In this document: positions 1-8,500 of the stretch, piece after piece | Layout of the letters: every line of letters starts with the position of its first letter | How positions within the stretch are numbered: position 1 is the stretch's first letter | Origin: Candidatus Altiarchaeota archaeon | GTDB lineage: Archaea > Altiarchaeota > Altiarchaeia > IMC4 > SCGC-AAA252-I15 | Length of the DNA stretch: 64,000 nucleotides | Reading direction: 5' to 3' | Assembly: GCA_028712125.1 (NCBI GenBank) | Contig: JAQTQS010000001.1 | Span: 3,526 to 67,525, forward strand | Notes under the pieces: generated by a model | Databases searched by the model: none | The model's input: only the letters and a program-made list of their open reading frames with translations | What the model was told of the DNA's origin: nothing | Made by a program: the position numbers and the translations under genes

Positions 1-365
1 TCGCGGCCGGCCTTGCGCCGAAGCTGTGCGTCTATGACGGACTGATACAGCGCAGGATTGTGGCGATACCTGCGGAAATCAGCGGTTTCGACGCGACTGA
101 GATTAAGGTCGCGAACAAGCCGGGGACGCTCTCGGACGAGGCGTTTTCGGCCGTTAAGCGGGCTCTTTCGTCGGAAGGCCGTTTCAGGATTTTGGTCGAC
201 GGGGAGGAGGACCTGCTGGCGCTGGCTGCGATAATCCATGCCCCAGAGGGAGCAGTGGTCTTGTACGGCCAGCCGAACGAGGGCCTTGTCGGGGTCCTTG
301 TTGACGGTAGGAGCATTGGCAACGCGCGTTCACTAGTTGATGAGATGGTTGAAAATGGATGTTGA
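1..365 (+). CDS. 5'-truncated CDS; COG1909/DUF359-like protein (archaeal GTP-dependent dephospho-CoA kinase family)
   Basis: The reading frame is open from base 3 (no upstream stop), so the gene begins outside the window. The C-terminal sequence ...RILVDGEEDLLALAAIIHAPEGAVVLYGQPNEGLVGV resembles DUF359. It sits immediately upstream of the S24e-S27ae pair, which is the conserved archaeal neighbourhood for COG1909. The family assignment is from memory, not from a search. Confidence 0.45.
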   Translation, partial: AAGLAPKLCVYDGLIQRRIVAIPAEISGFDATEIKVANKPGTLSDEAFSAVKRALSSEGRFRILVDGEEDLLALAAIIHAPEGAVVLYGQPNEGLVGVLVDGRSIGNARSLVDEMVENGC

Positions 366-690
366 GATAATAAGCCAGCGGGATAACAGCCTGTTGGAGC
401 GCAAGGAAGTGAGGTTTAGGGTATCCTATCCCGGAGCCGGTGTTCCGGAGAGGCAGGAGGTGCGTAGCAAGCTTATAGCGGTCTTGGACGCGAGCAAGGA
501 TTTGACCGTGCTGGACCACCTGAAGCCGGAATACGGACGCAACTCCGCGGTAGGTTATGTCAAGATCTACGCGAACGCTGACGCCATGAAGGCCGAGCCC
601 GCCTACATGAACAAGCGGAATTTCGCCCCGAAGGAGAAGAAGGCTGCTGCCGAATCCGCGCCTGTAGCTGAAAAGAAGGAGGGCAAGTAG
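355..690 (+). CDS. rps24e: 30S ribosomal protein S24e
   Basis: [27 protein letters not shown]... is a typical S24e N-terminus. The size is right, and S27ae follows 3 bp downstream, which is the conserved archaeal operon. The track ORF begins at 337; the ATG at 355 is more likely. Confidence 0.85.
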   Translation: MDVEIISQRDNSLLERKEVRFRVSYPGAGVPERQEVRSKLIAVLDASKDLTVLDHLKPEYGRNSAVGYVKIYANADAMKAEPAYMNKRNFAPKEKKAAAESAPVAEKKEGK

Positions 691-692
691 AG

Positions 693-1001
693 ATGGCCAA
701 GGATGTTAAGGACTCTAAGGACGCCAAGAAGAAGCCGGCTTTGGGCAGGGGCAAGTGGGACTTGTATGACACTTCTAAGGAGCTGAAGCGGGAGCGCAAG
801 TCGTGCCCGAAATGCGGGAGCGGCGTGTTCATGGCCCAGCATGAGGACAGGGTGTCCTGCGGAAGATGCGGCTATACCGAGTTCACGAAGGAGAAGCTGA
901 TTAAGATATTCCCAGAGCACCACAAGAAGGAGAAGCCGAAGGAGGAGAAGAAGGAAGCTCCAAAGGCAGTGGAAGAAGCTCCGGCGCCGAAGAAGAAGTG
1001 A
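693..1001 (+). CDS. rps27ae: 30S ribosomal protein S27ae (C4 zinc ribbon)
   Basis: [27 protein letters not shown] is a C4 zinc ribbon. The ends are Lys-rich and the gene is directly downstream of S24e. Confidence 0.85.
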   Translation: MAKDVKDSKDAKKKPALGRGKWDLYDTSKELKRERKSCPKCGSGVFMAQHEDRVSCGRCGYTEFTKEKLIKIFPEHHKKEKPKEEKKEAPKAVEEAPAPKKK

Positions 1002-1093
1002 GCGCTTGTCGCAGGGGTTTTGCATCCAGTTTTCTTTTTATCTGGCCTCTGCGGCCGACTTTATTTAAATCCTTGTAGGCTAATTATTCTGTC

Positions 1094-1645
1094 ATGAGGG
1101 TGGTGGGCGTTGATTTGGCCGGCTGCAGCAGGAACGAGACGGGTGTCTGCGTTCTTACTGTTGAAGGCAGTCGCAAGCATGTTGCGACGCGCCTGTTGCT
1201 TGAGGATGCTGAGATTCTATCGGCGATAGAGGAGTCAAAGCCAGACCTTGCTGGAATCGACGCCCCGCTGACGTATGCGGGGGTCAGGAGGGATTGCGAC
1301 GAGCTTCTTCGCGAGTATGGCGCTCTGCCTGCGACTCTGCCCGGGATGGAGACGCTCGCAAGGAGGGGCTGTATTATCGCAAAGGAGCTTGCTTTGCGAA
1401 AGGTGCCGTTTATAGAGGTTTACTCAAAGGCCAGCGCGAAGATACTGGGCGTTTACAGCAAGGACGAGTTCTCGATGCAGAAGAGCATGATGGCGCTTGA
1501 CTTGGACGGGGACATCAACACGAGGCTGCTTACACGGGACGAGCTTGACGCCGTCAGCGCGGCAATGACGGCTTATCTGCACCTGCTCGGCCGTACGTCC
1601 CTTGTCGGCGGCGAGGGCGGGTCGATTGCGATACCGTCTGTTTAG
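1094..1645 (+). CDS. predicted RNase H-fold nuclease (DUF429/COG2410-like), hypothetical
   Basis: The N-terminus MRVVGVDLAG...GVCVL and the GIDAPL motif resemble the DUF429 predicted-nuclease family. This is a weak, memory-based assignment. Confidence 0.35.
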   Translation: MRVVGVDLAGCSRNETGVCVLTVEGSRKHVATRLLLEDAEILSAIEESKPDLAGIDAPLTYAGVRRDCDELLREYGALPATLPGMETLARRGCIIAKELALRKVPFIEVYSKASAKILGVYSKDEFSMQKSMMALDLDGDINTRLLTRDELDAVSAAMTAYLHLLGRTSLVGGEGGSIAIPSV

Positions 1646-1680
1646 GTTATTACCCATGTTTCTCATATTTGTAATCTAAT

Positions 1681-2196
1681 ATGAAGGTCGTAGTTTTGCG
1701 TCTGGGGCACAGGTATGGCAGGGACAAGCGTTTGAGCACCCATGTCGCCTTGACCGCGCGGGCTTTTGGCGCGAAGGAGGTTGTCTTTGACGCTGTTGAC
1801 CGCGAGGTCGAGGAGAGTATCAATGCTGTCAGCTCGTCATGGGGCGGGTCCTTCAAGGTGTCGTTCACCGACGGCTGGAAGAAGTACGTGAAAAATTTCA
1901 AGGGCGACATAGTACATTTGACGATGTACGGGCTTCCTGTGGGCAAGGTCGTCGGGAAATTGAGGAAGTCCAGGAAGGACAAGCTTGTCATCGTGGGCAG
2001 CCAGAAGGTGCCTTCCGAGGTCTACCAGATGGCGTCATACAACGCGGCCGTCGGGAGCCAGCCGCACTCGGAGGTCGCGGCCTTGGCTGTTTTTTTAGAC
2101 CGGTTGTTCGCCGGCAGACAGCTTATGAAGAGGTTTGGTGGCAGGATTGAGATTGTCCCGCAGGCTCGCGGTAAGAGGATGGTTGAGAATCGTTGA
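1681..2196 (+). CDS. trm56: tRNA (cytidine56-2'-O)-methyltransferase aTrm56 (SPOUT)
   Basis: LRLGHRYGRDKRLSTHVALTARAFGA is the hallmark aTrm56 (COG1303) N-terminus. The ~170 aa size fits. Confidence 0.75.
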   Translation: MKVVVLRLGHRYGRDKRLSTHVALTARAFGAKEVVFDAVDREVEESINAVSSSWGGSFKVSFTDGWKKYVKNFKGDIVHLTMYGLPVGKVVGKLRKSRKDKLVIVGSQKVPSEVYQMASYNAAVGSQPHSEVAALAVFLDRLFAGRQLMKRFGGRIEIVPQARGKRMVENR

Positions 2197-2206
2197 TTTC
2201 CAGTTA

Positions 2207-5200
2207 CTATCTTTCTTCTTCCAGGGCTGTGAGGAAGTCTTCCCTTTCCGGGGCCCTGTGGCCGCCGCCTTCCAGTATGGCATCTTTCAGCCCCCGGTCT
2301 TTGTCGCGCCTGTCGCGGATTTCGTCTGCGGACATGCCCCGGTCCATCATTGACTGCTCGCCCTGTGTGGCGCTTCGGGTTGTTGCCTCTATTGCGCCGT
2401 CGCGCATGCTGGATAGCTCGTCTTTAGTGTAATTCTGGCTCATGCCGTGGGCCGGGTCGCTGCTCATCCTTACCATGCGGTCCATCTGGTCGTCTGTCAT
2501 GTTAGCGAGCTCGCCCCGCGTCTGGATGCCCGCCTTCTCAAGGTCTTTGGCTGTGTCCTCTGTCATCCCATGGTGGATAGTCCCGTTCCTGTCGGCCCAG
2601 TCTACCGGGTTTTTCTCCTTCTCAGCGCTTGCAGCCTCTAATGCCGCGTTTCTATCGCCCCCGGTCTCGTATTGAGCCAATTGGCGGTCGGTCTCGGCCT
2701 TGTTGCCGTCGGTCTTGGCGTCTTCCCTTAGGCTCTTGTTCGCCAGGCTCTTGTCCTCGAACTTTTCCCCATAATCGCCCGTGCTGTATGTCTTGTCTAT
2801 GCCGTCCCTTACTTTGTCGAAGTGGTCATTTGACTTTTCAAGCATATCGCCCGTCTGGGTCTGCATTCCTAGGTCTCTCTTCAGCTGTTGTTCCCAGCCC
2901 GGTTGTGTAGTGTCTATGCCTGCGATATATGCAAGCTCCTTTTTGTCGCCGTCTTTTAGCTTGTCGAAGCCCTCGCCTTTATTGTCTATGACATTATTTA
3001 TTTTATTTCGCGAGCGCTCTGATTCACGCCGCGATCGCGCGCCACCGCCCCGTTTCTCTAGGGCCGCGACCTGCGAGTCCGTGAGATTTAATGCCTTCTG
3101 CGCCGCCCTGCGGGCTAGGGAGCCTATCAATGCCCTGTTCTTCCCGACCGGGCCGCCGCTTTGGAACTGGCCTTTGCCTTTCAACTTGTCGGTGTAGCGG
3201 CCGAATTCCTGGTCGCCTAGGGCCTTGTGTACTGCCGCTCTTGCCGCATGTTGTACGCCGGTCTTGATGGCCTGTCCGAGGCCTTTCCGGCTTTCGATGC
3301 GCGAGAGGGCGCTCACGCTTCGCCCCATTGCCGTGCGTTTCATCATGTCCCATGCGGCTTTGGCTGTTGTTTGCACCTTGCGCAGGGCCGCGCCGCGGCC
3401 GGTCTTGGATGCGAGTAATCCGCCTGCCGCAAGTGTGGCCGCTGCTGCGGTGGCTGGCATTAGCAGGCTCAGTCCCGCGCCAGCCGCAAGCGCAAGAGCG
3501 CCGATTCCTAGGGTCTTGCCTACGCCTTTAATGGATAGATTTTTAGCTCCCTGCCATGCCTTGCCTATGGCTGCTTTGCTGGCCTGCAGGCCGCTTTGGA
3601 CTGCCATCTTCCCGCCGGCATATGCGGCTCCGGCAAGGGCGCCGATGGACCTGCCTTTCGCCATCAATGCGGCCGGTAGGGAGCTTATTTTATCGCCGAT
3701 GGACTTGCCAAGCCCCTGGAACATGTCGCGCCCGGTAATCAGGCCTCCGGTCGCCTTTTCCATGACCTTGCCCAATGCCTTTCCGATGGAGACCTTTGCG
3801 GCGAATCTCAGGCCCTTGGCCATGAGGCCTCCGATTTTTCTCCCGAATCCGGCCTTAAGCCCTATGCCGAGCGCGCGGCCTAACTGGCCTCTCAACAGGG
3901 CTTTTCCTGCGACCCTGCCGGTACGTCCTAAGAGGCTCCATCTTCCTGCTACTGCGCTCGGGCTGAACGGGGAGACAGCCGACTTCATCAGTGACCCGCC
4001 GCCCATAAAGCCTTTTCCGACGCTGGAAAGGCCGCGTTTGCCCATCCCGTATGCCATGGACCCGAACGCGCCCGCTCTCCCCCTGCCGGAAATTTTAGCT
4101 GATGCGTAATCGCCCAAGGCCTTGCCTAAGCCGATACTAGCCGCACCCCGTGTTAAGGCCGAACTGCCCATCATGCCGAACATCATGCCCCTGCCGGTTC
4201 CTCCGGCCATTCCTGACGCCATGGATGCGGCCCGGGATACTGTTTTTGCAATGCCGCTGAACGGCCGCTTGACTGCTTCGACGAAACCCGCCTTCCCGCC
4301 GAACACCGCCGCGCCCATAAGGGCTTTCCCGCCCTTCAGCATCTTGCTGGCTGAGAATTTGGCTGCGGCCATTGACATTGCCGACGCCCCCTTTCCCTGC
4401 ATCAGGCTTCCGGCGGCGACCATTGCCGTGCCCCAGAAGCCAGGTACGAACTGGCCGGCGGATGTGATTATGCCGCCGATGACGTTGAGCATTCCTGACA
4501 GCGCGAGCGGTGAGAAGCTTACCATCATTGACATGAGGATGAGCAGGAAGAGGCTGCTGAAATAGTTGCTGGATGACCGGGTGTATGGCAGCAGCGCCAA
4601 TGCGCAGGCCAGCCACATCGCCATTATGAAGGGGGTGAAGATGAATATGAATGTGGCCTTGAACATCTTCCTTCCGGCGTTCCTTGTGAACTCGAACATG
4701 TAAAGGCTGACTGTGAGGGGGAATATTATGCCGAGGAATGTCGTTGCTGTGTACCTGAACATCGCGACCATTATGGCGAGAATCCAGAATACCGCGGTTA
4801 GTGCAAGCACGATAATCGCCATCATGACCTTGGGCATGTCGAATGCGCGAAGCATGTCCTCGTTCGGCGGCCATAAGTCGGGGAAGGGCATGATGTTGTG
4901 CGTGAATGCGAAGATTAGCCTGTCACGTATGGTGCCCGCGCCCGGTATGATGGACACGTCTATGACGTTGAGCACGCCGTCTGTCAATGAGCCGCCAACT
5001 ATCAGGAGCACTTGGTACACTATCGGCGAGAGGCTTGCCAGTACCATCCCGATAAGCAGCTTGAGGAGCATCTGCTTGGCCCTTGCCCGGTGCGGCGGGC
5101 TGTTGGCCATGAACACAAGGTAGGCCCCCAGGAAGACGAGTGCGAGGAGGAACATGGGGTACATTATGGCGAGGAACAGGCGTATCATGTTTGTGAGTGC

Positions 5201-5515
5201 GTCGGCCCGGACTCCTGCGGCCGGAAGCATGCATATTCCATTGTAGACTGAGGTGAATCCGGGAGCTTCGAACGTTGGGTTTATGAGGAGGGCGCAGAAC
5301 AGCGATGAAACCAGGAATCCGTTGATTACCTTGATTATGGCAAGGGCTATCCATGCGAATATGACGCCCATGAACCCGATTACTGCGGATAGCAGGAGGC
5401 CCACGTATGTCGTCCATGGCAGTGCGAGCACCGTGGGCGGCAGGACTGATATGACGAACAACAATGTTAAGGCTAATGCTATGAACCGCCTTCCATTGCA
5501 ACCCTTTATTTTCAT
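2207..5515 (-). CDS. polytopic membrane protein (~10 TM helices at the N-terminus) with a ~430-aa Gly/Ala/Lys-rich low-complexity region and a ~250-aa acidic C-terminal tail; unknown family
   Basis: The start is assigned to ATG 5515-5513 (MKIKGC...), which overlaps the TGA stop of the upstream giant gene as ATGA. The track's earlier start at 5617 lies inside that upstream gene. The N-terminal third is hydrophobic with many predicted helices. The middle is repeats of GKALG/GKxxG type. The C-terminus is D/E/K/R-rich. Confidence 0.6.
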   Translation of the reverse strand: MKIKGCNGRRFIALALTLLFVISVLPPTVLALPWTTYVGLLLSAVIGFMGVIFAWIALAIIKVINGFLVSSLFCALLINPTFEAPGFTSVYNGICMLPAAGVRADALTNMIRLFLAIMYPMFLLALVFLGAYLVFMANSPPHRARAKQMLLKLLIGMVLASLSPIVYQVLLIVGGSLTDGVLNVIDVSIIPGAGTIRDRLIFAFTHNIMPFPDLWPPNEDMLRAFDMPKVMMAIIVLALTAVFWILAIMVAMFRYTATTFLGIIFPLTVSLYMFEFTRNAGRKMFKATFIFIFTPFIMAMWLACALALLPYTRSSSNYFSSLFLLILMSMMVSFSPLALSGMLNVIGGIITSAGQFVPGFWGTAMVAAGSLMQGKGASAMSMAAAKFSASKMLKGGKALMGAAVFGGKAGFVEAVKRPFSGIAKTVSRAASMASGMAGGTGRGMMFGMMGSSALTRGAASIGLGKALGDYASAKISGRGRAGAFGSMAYGMGKRGLSSVGKGFMGGGSLMKSAVSPFSPSAVAGRWSLLGRTGRVAGKALLRGQLGRALGIGLKAGFGRKIGGLMAKGLRFAAKVSIGKALGKVMEKATGGLITGRDMFQGLGKSIGDKISSLPAALMAKGRSIGALAGAAYAGGKMAVQSGLQASKAAIGKAWQGAKNLSIKGVGKTLGIGALALAAGAGLSLLMPATAAAATLAAGGLLASKTGRGAALRKVQTTAKAAWDMMKRTAMGRSVSALSRIESRKGLGQAIKTGVQHAARAAVHKALGDQEFGRYTDKLKGKGQFQSGGPVGKNRALIGSLARRAAQKALNLTDSQVAALEKRGGGARSRRESERSRNKINNVIDNKGEGFDKLKDGDKKELAYIAGIDTTQPGWEQQLKRDLGMQTQTGDMLEKSNDHFDKVRDGIDKTYSTGDYGEKFEDKSLANKSLREDAKTDGNKAETDRQLAQYETGGDRNAALEAASAEKEKNPVDWADRNGTIHHGMTEDTAKDLEKAGIQTRGELANMTDDQMDRMVRMSSDPAHGMSQNYTKDELSSMRDGAIEATTRSATQGEQSMMDRGMSADEIRDRRDKDRGLKDAILEGGGHRAPEREDFLTALEEER

Positions 5516-8500
5516 TTCTTCCCTTTCCACTCGTCCCACATGTCCTGGAAGTCCATCCGTCTGGCCTCGAAGAATCTGTAGGACATCAGGGCTAGGAACA
5601 CTACAATTATGACCCATGCATTCTCTAGCAGGTAGTCTAGGAAGTTCTTGTAAGCGACCTCGATTTCAAGCTCCTTTAAGGAGGTTTGGTAGCCGGCTTG
5701 CCCAGATGCCGGGCCGTATCCGAAGTAGTCTGCATTGAAGGTTATGCGCCTGCTTCGCTTTTCAATACAGGTCGGTGCCCGTATTATCTGCCCTATCGAG
5801 TATATGCCGGAATATTGGGTGTAGGGGAAGTTGAAGTCTAACTTATACCGTCCCATGCGGAGTTCGCTTCCATCGCATTGGTCTGTTCCAGTGACCCTGA
5901 AGCAGATGTGGGTGGGGGTTTCACTTACCGGCTCGACATCCAGTTCGACTGGGTGTCGCATGTACACGTTCTTCCAGACCGAGCCGACCGCCTCTGTAAT
6001 GTGGTCGTTGCCGCAGCTTAATGCCTGGCCGTCTTCAGTCCTGAACGGGTGTATTTCTATGTGCCTGAAGTCGCTGTATATCCGTAGGATTGAGTCCTCG
6101 AACTTCTCGGACTCTATGCTCTGTGTGCTGAAATTAAGCGTGTAGAGCTTTGTTTGGGGGCTGAATGCTATCTTGGAGGAGATGGCACTCTCCTCTTCGG
6201 CAACCTTTTTAAACTCGAATGTCTCGCTGCCCGAAGCCTGTTTTCCGCCCATGCTCGTTTCGGATTCTTGCAGGTCTTTCGGCTGGGAGTAGAAGCCCAC
6301 AAGGTCCCAGTATTTGGCTTCATCCTCGTGGAAGTTCCTGAACAGCCCGACCTGCTCCTTGGACGGGTCTTTGAACCATGTCCCGTCGTCGCATGTGAGC
6401 TGCACGTCCCAGCTGTAAGGCTCTCCTATAGCCATGAAGAATGTCCGCGTCTTGCCGTTCTTTTCCTGGATTCTGCCTTGTGTCCCGTAGTAGTATTTCT
6501 TGAAGGGGTTTATCATGTAGTGCCAGTAGTCTTCTGACCCTCCCTTGCATGGTTTGAGGAAAAGCATGTCCTGCATCTTGCTGTTTATCGTTATCACCTC
6601 TTTTGATATCGTCGAGTCGAGTATGTAGAGCTCGTGGATTGGCGGGTAATCCTTGGCTATGAAGTTCACCATTGTGGAATCCGGGACTACCATGTCAAAT
6701 CCGCCAATCAGGTCGTTTTGTCGGAGGTCAATAGAGCCTATGCGCAACGAGCCATTAACGCGGTATCTGCGATAGTCTGCGTCGCTTGGAGAGCCACCCC
6801 AGTTGTAGTCGATGAACCCGTACACATTCACGAATGCGTGAGAGCCGGGATTGCCCAGCGGACGGCTTGTTTCAAGGTGGCCGCCGTAGGGTTTGGCATA
6901 AACCGAGGAGGTGTCGTTGATTTCCTCAAGCGCGTCGGGTCTGGCTTGCTGAAAGCCGCCTAACGGGTCTTCGCTAGATACGGGGTAAGCACAGGGATTG
7001 TGAGTCCACGCACCCCAGCAATGGATGCACCCCCTCCACCGGTAAATTACCTGGCAATTGACGACTATTGGACCAGTTGGTGTGTTGTGAACCTCAGTGC
7101 CCAAATCCAGCGGATAGTTACAATTTTCCCATAGTATGCAGGTTCCGTTGGGATAGTACCCTGACGGGCAGCATGGGTAAGTACCTACCTCGCACTCCCC
7201 GCAGGGACTATCGCAATCCTTGTAATAAAAACCATTCATGGGAAATTCACCGTCATCACATAGTTTATAATAATCTATCCAATGGCAGTATTGGTATGCG
7301 TTACATCCGTACCAAAAGCATTCCTGGGCTAGCGGCTGTCGGATTATTGTATGGAGGGCCGAATAATTCATTGTAATTTGGAATGATGTGGTTTGGTCAT
7401 TCAGATTGTGAGTAAGCACACTCGCCCCAACATGCAAAAAGTTCCAAGGGGCTTCAAGCGGCAGGACGTTCGGCCCGGCTGGCATCTTGCCATTTGCGCC
7501 GGCGCCGCTGTTTTCGGATATCATATAGTCGAACCATGCAAGAACCGGATATGAGAGGTACTCAGGTTTCATTAACAGCTTCCTGCAGGACTTGCCGCAT
7601 GATTCTGGCGGTTCGGGGGTCTTCCCATCAGGATTTTGCAGTGCTCCATCGCAAACCCAGTATGGGTTTTCGCCGCTCTGGGGAGCTATACGATTCGTCC
7701 AATCGCCCGGACCGGTAAGGGTTGCGTAATTCGGGTAACAGTTGCAGCCTTCCAGGTTGCTGCACCAGTAATGCTGCGGCGTCCAGACATTACAACCGGT
7801 TGCACCATCAGGATTAGGGCCTGTTTGAGACCAGATATCATCGACAATGACATCCTCTCTGACCCGGTCGTTCCCAAGGTTCTTCGACTCGTCCCAGATG
7901 CCGCCTTGGTCGCGCATATAGTCCCATGCGTAGGGACATATCTGTGTGTTAAAGTATGAGCCGAAATCAGGATCTGAACTCATCCAACCGCCATCGTCAC
8001 AACCGCTTCCGATAAATTTCTGGCAGTACTCGGTGGCAGTGTATGTTCCTCCTGCTTCGGTCTCGTTCGGGAGGTTTCCTCCTGCTGCAAAGTGGAACCA
8101 TATGGGTCCGCCGCCGCGTTCTTTAACGCCGGACAGCGCATTCCCGCGCGTACGGGTGTAGATGGTTGCATCCTTTTGGATTACGGGAGTTCCCGGCGCC
8201 GGAACGCACTCTATCCCGTTCCACAAGAGGGCATCTGCCGGACAGCAAGCCTTGTTCCAGTTTCCGCATCCGCCAAAGCAGTGGACATAGGGATTTGCTG
8301 TACAATTCAGGCCAGGCATGCATTCGTCGTTGTTCCGGCAGCCGCCTTCAGCCTTGCCGCAACGGCAGTCATTCCCCCACCGGTTGCCGTTCTGTATCTT
8401 GTATCGGCAGTAGTCGTTATGGTGTATCTCCCTCTGATATACGCCGCACGTCTGGCAGCATCCGGCTGACGTATCCCAGGTGGTGCCGTCCTCGCAGCAG

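Noticed and set aside
3225-4109. 294-aa plus-strand ORF and other long antisense ORFs (for example 4137-4874, 4923-5501, 6154-6537) inside the giant genes
   Set aside because: These are Pro/Arg/Ala-rich translations typical of antisense frames in GC-rich coding DNA. They fully overlap strongly supported minus-strand genes.
2207-5617. The track start (MGHNCS..., 5617) for the 1136-aa membrane ORF
   Set aside because: The first 34 codons lie inside the upstream giant gene's coding region in another frame. The ATG at 5515 overlaps that gene's TGA stop (ATGA), and the first TM segment begins right after it. I therefore prefer 5515 as the start.
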